From Psilocybe cubensis (taxonomy: Eukaryota), in NCBI GenBank assembly GCA_017499595.2, contig CM038998.1, positions 3,596,001 through 3,660,000 of the forward strand: a stretch of DNA of 64,000 nucleotides, read 5' to 3'. Numbering within the stretch: position 1 is the stretch's first letter; the number at the start of each line of letters is the position of its first letter. Both the position numbers and the translations under genes were made by a program. Below, piece by piece: positions 55,991 to 64,000 of this stretch. The notes below the pieces were generated by a model. It searched no databases. It saw only the letters and a program-made list of their open reading frames with translations, and was not told the origin of the DNA.

Positions 55991-58387
55991 TTATATCTAC
56001 AACTATATCCTCAATACTATCTAATATCTGTATCTTAAATGCCTATTTCTGGATAACTCTGTTGTATATATAATGATAATCTATATGTTTATTATTATTG
56101 ATTTTTATATTTTTATTATTATTTCTGCAAAGGCTTACTCTAAAAAATTGGCGTACTTTACATGTCTTACATATCTTTTGTTATTGACAAGTTAAATCAG
56201 ACATTTTAATAAATAATTAACTATAAAAAAATAGAAAAATATTGAGTTTTGGACAATTTAAATGCATACATTTGTGATGATAATGATATTCATAATACTT
56301 TAATTAGTTTAAATACTCTTTTTGGTTTAAAACAAAAAACAAAAAATAAGCGAGGAAGTATAATCTTTTAGAGTGAACTGATCCAATAGTCACTGACTAC
56401 TCTGCAACTTTTTAGACCTTGTCTAGTAATGTTAATGTAATATTTAATAGTTATAAATTATAATGAATGACTTATCTAGAAACCTAAATAAATTTATTAT
56501 ATTTCTAAATTAATAAATGCTACCACCCAATATTAAAAAAAAGGCCAAGTAGCGAGTATTGCAATAGGAAAAAAAAATGAAGATATTAGTTGTGTTTGCA
56601 TGTATTTGCACATGTTGCCCGCGTTGCAGTAGACAATTTTTTAAAAATAAAAATTAGCTATTAACAAAAAGAATAGACATTCCTAAATAAAATAAGTAAT
56701 TAATTTTAATTCTTACTTTTGATTCAATTTATTTTTTTAAAGTGGGTTTCAATGAACCTACTCAAACTTATTGTAGTATCATTTTTTGAGCTGCATACTA
56801 GAATTTTTTTTTTTTCTTCTGTATACACAATTGCTAGTAAGAAAAAAAATAAATGTGGTAATAATATTGTCTTCATAAAAATGCTTTATTTTAGTTGTGA
56901 TACTGTCATTATAATAATATTATAAAGTTACAGAGTCTAGGTGTGCCCATCAGGGCTATTACAAGAAATATTGAGTATAAATATTGCAATTTTAATTTTA
57001 AATTTGGATTGTGGCAGCATTAAAACTATAGGACTACCAAAAAAACAAAGAAAATAGTTTAGAAATACCCCTAAAAGTACCCAATTTATTACTAGCAATA
57101 TATAAAAGTAGCATAGAATGAGCACTATTTATAAAACTAGGAGCCAAGTATCAGGCAAAGACTTAGAAACATAAGACAAAACACTAGAAAGAGAATGAGT
57201 TGGATTAACAAGATCAAGACTAAGATGCAAGAATGCAAAGGCTTGACTTTTATAAAGAAAGAAAGGTTAAGCCTAATATGGTATATGCAACTATCTAATA
57301 TGGAGGGCTACTGTAAAAAAAAGATCATGTCATGATATTACTTCTTTTTTAAGAAAGGTTACAAGGCTTTTACAAAGTAAAAGTTTGTTTTTTTTACTGG
57401 AATGAGCCTGTTTCCAAAAAGTTTAACCTCTGTTGACACTATAAGAATATTTTGATGATGCCATCAAGTGACTTACTATATTAGTATTTTATTCCTCTTA
57501 AAGGTTGTATATTTCTTTCAAATCTTGCTCAAATCATTTCATTTTTTTTGTTGGATAAATGCTAGGTATTATTATTCTCTTATAAATTTATTTAGTCAAA
57601 AAAGTTATATTTAAAGATAGATGCAAAGACAGTATTCTAGATGTAGTTGCTTGTTACATCTGAGTTCTAAACTGTGACAATATCACAAATACTGATGCCA
57701 TCAATATTTTGTAATACCATCAACTCCATCAAATGGCTGTGCATGATGCATGTAATTTAATTAAAATTAAACTTATTTATTCAAGTCTAATTGCTGATTG
57801 CACAGAAAGCAACCACATACACATCTCCTTTCCTGTCTGCTCTCTGCATAGCATATCAAGGTCACACTATATGACTAATGACTGTTTTAGGATAAGTATG
57901 CTCTGCACAAATTGAGTCTCCACTTCCATCCTCATTTAGTTCCAGACCTCTATATGCTTAGACTACCTGCTAGCCTTTGCATCTTTGCTATTGTTTTTTT
58001 ACTCTATAAGACTACTTCCAAAGAATTGATGGACTCTGGTTTATCTATTAATCTTTGTGGTGTATATTTACTCTCTACTCCTCACACTCTCTCTGTTGCT
58101 TTCTATACTGATACTTGTTTTTTCTCTCTGCTATTTAGCTAGACATTTTGGGCCCTACAAATGTTTAGCAAAATTTTTATCTCACTTTGTTTTGACATTG
58201 CGTTTCAGAACCCTCAATTGCTAATGTTTTCTGCAGAAAAAATAAAAAATGCACAATCCAAGATACAGCAAAACATAATTCAAACTCAATCTGATTCAGA
58301 AGAACATCACAATCTCAATCTTGTTCACAATTTAGATGCCTGCAACCTCATTATAAAAAAATTTGTGAAGAGGAGGTTGACAAGTTC

Positions 58388-59650
58388 ATGGCTGTTTTTG
58401 ACATTCAGAAGGTTATTGCTGACCACACAAACCACAAACAAATAGATCTTGTTCTGAGCACTTTTAAGTTGTATTTTGCTATCTTGGACAATGTTGATTG
58501 GCAAAATGAGGTTGCAGAAGATCAAGGAAATGCCTTTTTTAAAGCAGCTAACCAAAAGGAAGCTGATATTATTGGAGAGGTTGAAGGATTCATGGATGCC
58601 AAAAAAAAAGAGCCTAAATTCAAGCAATCTTTGAAGTGTAAGTAAAAGCAGTCTCCCAATATTGATGATAAGGACGGTGATTCAGGTTCTGAAAGCAAAG
58701 TTATCAATAAAAGTGTTTTTGTCTGGAGAAAGCAAGCATTGGGTTTGACATTTGAAGAGTCCAATTGCTAGTCAAATGTTCTTTATAAGGCATATGTGGA
58801 AAATCCAAAACAAGTTAAAAATACCTTGTTTAACACCTCCAAACTCCCAGATTTTCTCCAAGCTTAGTACCTCAAGATTCTTGCAGGAAAAAGCATTGAA
58901 CTTGACTATTTGTTATCAGGTTCATATTCAGGCATACCAGATGAGTGACACAGAAAAAGGCTTGGAGAATTTAAAGTCATTGTTGGGTCTACCCCTCTTA
59001 CAAAAGTTATCAGAACCCATTCAGACTAGACAATTGCTTGGAATCAGTACTACAATACTGCCATATTTGTTCAACTGTACCAAGGGAATAAGCTGCAAGC
59101 CTATGATTGATACATCAAACAACTTTTCACTATGTTTCCCATTAACAAATACTTATACATTATTAGCTACAACAAAGCAGTCAGATACTAAGTGGCTCAA
59201 TAACAAAATCTGTTACTTACCAACACCAATGAATTTGCCTACTTTACCCTTCTTTAGTTGCAAAATGGTGGTAATAGAGACAGTACAAATTCTCAAGTCA
59301 GAGCCATGGATGGGCACAGAGGCCTGTCAGGTTCACGCTTGGCCCACAGAGAGTCCTATCGCTGTTTTAACGCAGGAGTCTGCCCCAACAATTAGTCAAG
59401 CTGCAACTACTTCCACATTTGCTTAAAGTGTAGGGGTATCAGACACACTGCTAAGAAGTGCACAAAGTAGGGTAGAAGTAGTGGTTATGGATGTGAGTCA
59501 GAAGGTTTTGTCACTATACTATATCCTTTTCAGACCATCATATATGAGGAATATTTGGTGGAATAAAAAAGAACAGTCAAATTTAACATTGATTTTATCC
59601 ACCAAATTGATGCAACTACTACTGTAGATACCACAGAATGAATTAGATGA
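58388..59650 (+). mobile_element. Relic of DIRS/Ngaro-like tyrosine-recombinase retroelement: gag-like ORF1 with Cys/His finger plus start of ORF2
   Basis: Stop-riddled frame from 58751: LPDFLQA*YLKILAGKSIELDYLLSG...D*TIAWNQY...IISYNKAVR, then FNAGVCPNN*SSCNYFHICLKCRGIRHTAKKC. Family assigned from recalled similarity; boundaries approximate. Confidence 0.6.
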
Positions 59651-59652
59651 TA

Positions 59653-61258
59653 CAGTAGGCAAAAAAACCGTTCAAGTGTTGGTCACATATGAAAAGATTA
59701 ATTTATAACTTTGAAATTAAAAATATTAAAAATATGAGATTATTCATAGGTATACTAGAGGGTATTAGCTAAAGGATGGCACACTGATCATGTGATTTTT
59801 CCAAGAATTGACCAAACAGGAGCATATACAGTTTGCTAAGTCATTCGAACAGTTTTTTTGCTAAACACTTGAGTATCAATAAATCATATCTACTAGTACT
59901 TTGTATGTCTACCCTTGGCCTTAATCACTCGCTGCACACCTTCTAGGCATGCTAGCAATCAAATTCTGCACCACTTCCTTGGGTATTCCATTCCATTCCT
60001 TCTCAACCCTCTCCCAAAGTTCATGGATACCCTTTGGTGGGACTTCATGTTCATTAAGTCTTCTTTTGAGGTATTCCCATAGATGTTCAATGGGGTTGAG
60101 ATCTGGAGATTGTGCAGGCCATATGAGGACCCTAAAATTCTGCTCTTCAAACCATTTCTTGGCCAATTTTGAGGTGTGCTTGGGGTCATTGTCTTGCTGA
60201 AAGTGGATATCTTCTACCTATTGACCATACCACTCCAAGGATTTTAGGAGCTCATCACCTAGGATCTCAGTGTATAACTGAGCATCCATCTTCCCATCAA
60301 TTCTAGTGGCAAATCCAATTCCTTCCCATCCCATACAACCCCACATCATTAAGTTTCCCCCTCCAAACTTCACAGTTTGCTTGATCCTCCTGGGGTCCTG
60401 TCTGTTTTCCTTGTCTATCCATATCTGATCTCTGCCATCTGAACCCAATCTGTTGATTTTGGTCTCATCTGACCACCAGACCCTTGCCCAGTCATCCACA
60501 GTCCACTCCAAATGCCTTTTTGCAAACTCCAATCTAGCCCTCCTATGTTTTTTTGATAACAAAGGCTTCTTTTGTTTTGCCACTGAGACCATGCCAGTTG
60601 ATTTGAGTGCATTCCTAACTGTTTGAGGACTGATATTCTGGCCATTAATAGTAGCCAGAGACTTGGCAGCTTGCACAGCATTCTTGATTTGTCCAGTTCG
60701 AATTCCACGCTTGGTATAGGTGATATTGGCACCAGTCAGCTTCTTTGGGTGTCCTCCATGGGAAACCACTGCTTCAGGACAGTAGTCTTGGCAAATCTTG
60801 GTGATAGAACCAGCACTAGCTCCAGTTTGGGCCTTGATAGAGGCATAAGAGTGACCAGAAGTAAGAAGAGAGACAATAGTAGCAATGATTGCTTTAGAGA
60901 GGGGTTTCATGCTTGATTGGGGGGATAAAGAGGTTGATTGTAGCTATTATATACCTATTCAACATGTAGTCACATGATTTTATTGATAGTTGTTTGGTAT
61001 ATCAACAAAGTCATGTGATAATACATAGTTTATAGCATTTAAATTACTAGCAAAAAAACTGTTCGAATGACTTAGCAAATTGTGTATGCTGCTGTTTGGT
61101 CAATTCTTGGACAAATCACATGATCAGTGTGTCATCCTTTAGCTAACACCATATAGTATATCTGTGAATAATCTCATATTTTTAACATTTTTAATTTCAA
61201 AGTTATAAATTAATCTTTTCATATGTGACCAACACTCAAACGGTTTTTTTGCCCACTG
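59653..61258 (-). mobile_element. Tc1-like DNA transposon (DD34E) with 211-bp TIRs
   Basis: TA TSD at 59651-59652 and 61259-61260; ends CAGT...ACTG; TIRs 59653-59863 and 61048-61258 with about 14 mismatches. Confidence 0.95.
59893..60910 (-). pseudogene. Tc1 transposase, nearly intact (in-frame TAG at 60218-60220 and a +1 frameshift near 59928)
   Basis: WWSDETK, TVKFGGGNLMMWGCM, FQQDNDPKH-34aa-SPDLNPIEHLW; restoring the frameshift gives SMPRRCAAVIKAKGRHTKY*. Confidence 0.92.
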
Positions 61259-61649
61259 TAAAGGTCTGGAGAGCAGCAAGAGAGCAGACAGAGAGACAAA
61301 AAGGGCAGCAGCAGGGAAGCAAGAAAACAAAGGAGTGAAAAAAGGGTATCTGAAGAAGATACTACCATGCAGCAAAGCAGCTGTTAGGAATTGACTTAAG
61401 TTAAGAGAGAAGAATGCCTAAAGACCAAGTTGATATCAAAGCTAGGGTCTGACTACTAACCCAAGACCCCATATATACATGGAAACCAGAGTAACTATGT
61501 TCCGGACCAGTGTACTTGATATATGACAAGTATCAATAGATGAAATAGGAGAAAAATAGACGTGGGACTAAACATAAAGATAAAATAAGGCATGACAGCG
61601 TGAGACCGTAACAAATAATAATAACAGATAGGGGTGGCACCATTACGTA

Positions 61650-61975
61650 TCCTGACAGCAGCAATGAAGCAGAAGCTGAAGGCAAGATCAAAGAGGAGAA
61701 CTCAGAAAGAATTCTAGCAGGGCCTAAGATACAACAAAATGGAAAGGATAGACCCATCAGCCTCATTAAACATATATAGGAGGATATGCAATCAGCTAGT
61801 AAGAATGAGTGCAAGCTTAGTAACCCAACTAAGAGCAGAACACATACCGCTGAACGTGCACCTGAACAGAATCAAGGCAAAAGACAATCTAAACTGCAAG
61901 CAGTGTGCAGACAACACATCCAAAACTGTGATTTACTTTCTGAAATTCTGCAAAGCATACAGAGCAATAAAAGGA
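61650..61975 (+). mobile_element. Non-LTR retrotransposon (LINE, Tad-like) ORF2 C-terminal zinc-finger relic
   Basis: ASLVTQLRAEHIPLNVHLNRIKAKDNLNCKQC...KTVIYFLKFCKAY resembles the QLRTGH...CxxC...ETVxHFLxxC motif; boundaries approximate. Confidence 0.65.
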
Positions 61976-61989
61976 TTCAAAAAAAAAAC

Positions 61990-62290
61990 TCAGGCCTCCC
62001 GTGAGATCTACATTAATAGGCTTACACCATTTACTGTGTGCTCAACTGGTTGTTTCACTTAGTCGCCCCTCCTCCAAAGTGCATTGTCATTTACTGTAAC
62101 AATGCCAATGCCATGGTCCTTTAGTCTTTTTGGGCTTTGCCAGATTTGAACCTTATTGTTCTATTTTGTGCAAATTTATTAATGTATTTCAATTGTCAGC
62201 TACACTTGGTCCATATTTTTGGCAAACAAAATATTGTTGCAGATGCCCTATTGTGTTTTGACAATTTTTGTGCCCTTCACTATCAACCCA
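61990..62290 (+). mobile_element. DIRS/Ngaro-type RNase H domain relic
   Basis: PPPKCIVIYCNNANAM...ALPDLNLIV...LHLVHIFGKQNIVADALLCF resembles the IYTDN...HIPGxxNxVADALSR motif; boundaries approximate. Confidence 0.55.
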
Positions 62291-62291
62291 C

Positions 62292-64000
62292 TGAAGGAAC
62301 CTTAAGTACACAGTATACAAATCAGTCTGTAAGTTAAATCAGCCTCTGTAAAATAACAATAAAGCAAATGAATGTACCTCAGCAGAAAGAGGAAAAAGGC
62401 TGAGGTACGAGAAAAAAAAAATTCCAGTATAAGTGAAGAGTCTCATAGCTACAAGAGGTGCAAAGAAGTTGATCTATTGACTACAAAGGTGATGCATTAT
62501 ACAAGGTCAGCAGTACAACTACTTGAATTGAACAAGAACAGGGGCTTTTGGATAAAGAGTGGTGATAAGATAATAACTAGATAACGAGTGAAATGAAAAG
62601 CAAAGAAGAAAAGATGAAGATAAATAAAATATACCAACACATCCCCTCAATGCTTCACCTTTGTAACAACTTTGGGTGCAATTAGTCCAAGACGCTCAAC
62701 CGCTTCAACAAATTTGACGCATTGTAGAGGTTTGGTAAGGATGTTGGCAGGGTTGTCCTTCCCAGGAATGTGGAGGATGACAAAGGTTTTGTTTTCAATG
62801 TGAGAGCAGATGAAATGGTACCGGATATCTATGTGTTTCACTTTCAAATAAGAGGAATCATTCTCACATAGTGATTTGGCCCCCTCGTTGTTGGTTGCAA
62901 CAATAAGAGGATGTGGGCAGCAAATGTGGAGATGGGATAGAGAAGAGCTCAACTACAGGCCTTCTTGCACAGTGTGGGTTAGTGCAATATATTTGGATTC
63001 AGTAGAACTCATAGAGATGCATGTTTGTGTTTTGGCCAACCAGCTCAAAGGGCCTCTAGCCACCATCTAGAGAAAACCCAATATAGAGGCACATGACTCT
63101 TTATTCCTGGCCCAGTCTGCGTCGGAGTATCCTTGCAAGACTTTTGATTTTTTATTGCCGCCGTAGTGCAAACAATAATTGCAAGTGCTACTTAGATAGT
63201 GTAGAACACACTTTGCAGTAGCATAGTGTCAAGGTTGAGGGTTAGAAGCATGCTGTGAGAGTAGCAGGATAGCAATTGAGATATCCAGCCGCAAGTGTCA
63301 TTGAATGAATAAAAGAAAACTAATGAGACGTTAGAAAGTAGATTTGATGTTGGGAATTTCTAGAAATGTGTCGGTGTCATGGCCAAAAAGATAGGTAGTG
63401 TTGATTGGAGTGAAAACAGGGCTGTAATTGAGAAGATTGTACTTGTCAAGAACATTTGCAATGTATGGTTCTTGATGGATCCATAATTCTTGAGTCTTAA
63501 GATTCCTTTTGTACTATACACCCAAGTATGATTGTAGGGGCCTAAGGTTCTTGATTCCGAACCTTTTATTGACTTCTGCCTTGGTGTAATTGAGGAAAGA
63601 TTTGGAGTTCAAAGAACCTAAGCCATTGTCAACATGAATGCAAAGCCAGTACTGTACGTCTTTGCCATTCCATACTCCTTCAAATACAAAGGTTGCATAA
63701 TCTTTCTTCGACCATTTGAAACCTAAATCTTGGAGGATAGAATGAATAAGAATGTACCATACGCTGCTAGCTTGTTTAAGGCCATATAGTGACTTTACCA
63801 ATCTCCATATTCCCTTTGTAAATGGCGAAGAGTATCCCGGAGGGCATCTCATATAGATCACTTCTAATAAACATAGAAAGGCTCGTGTGGCGTCAAAACA
63901 TTCAATGTGCCATCCATTGAGAGTGGCGTGAATTACAATGGCGCGAGTGCTGACCAATTTTGAGACAGGAGCAAATGTATTGTGGTAGTTGACAAGGTAT
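62292..64000 (-). mobile_element. Second, older Ty1/copia element (RT-RNase H relic plus probable 3' LTR 62292-62639), truncated by the window end
   Basis: LVKSLYGLKQAS, CIHVDNGL (degenerate YVDD), SSTESKYIAL, KHIDIRYHFI, NPANILTKPL; purine run GAGGGGA then TGTTGG at 62639. LTR end (TTCA at 62292) inferred. Confidence 0.85.

Noticed and set aside
58752-59426. 224-aa open ORF as a host gene
   Set aside because: The recognisable retroelement-like peptide lies in the adjacent stop-riddled frame.

Overview
Eukaryotic fungal DNA, most likely a mushroom-forming basidiomycete (Agaricomycetes), judged from short GT-AG introns, protein family styles and TE types. Bases 1-48100 are gene-rich: SRP68 (partial) head-to-head with GET3/ASNA1, mitochondrial DNA polymerase gamma (MIP1) head-to-head with DOT1, then YJU2, a PHD-finger gene, an unknown gene behind an MCB-box cluster, a FYVE protein, mitoribosomal mL38/MRPL35, PRP16, a Sel1-repeat protein, an ABC ATPase and VPS27. 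Two ~6 kb stretches (17.4-23.7 kb, 27.7-33.6 kb) have no recognisable gene. From ~48.1 kb the window becomes an AT-rich, CpG-poor transposon graveyard: a complete but disabled Ty1/copia element (324-bp LTRs, GTATA TSD, half-tRNA-iMet PBS), two Tc1-like DD34E elements, a fold-back MITE-like palindrome, and relics of a DIRS/Ngaro-like element, a LINE and a second copia. Best leads: the ABC gene starting 20 nt after the Sel1 stop with a stop/start-overlapping mini-ORF; an unannotated multi-intron transcript or uORF upstream of the PHD gene; a Tc1 whose long TIRs carry internally inverted motifs; orphan promoter-like and structured elements in the gene-free stretches. All calls come from reading the sequence; no database searches were run.
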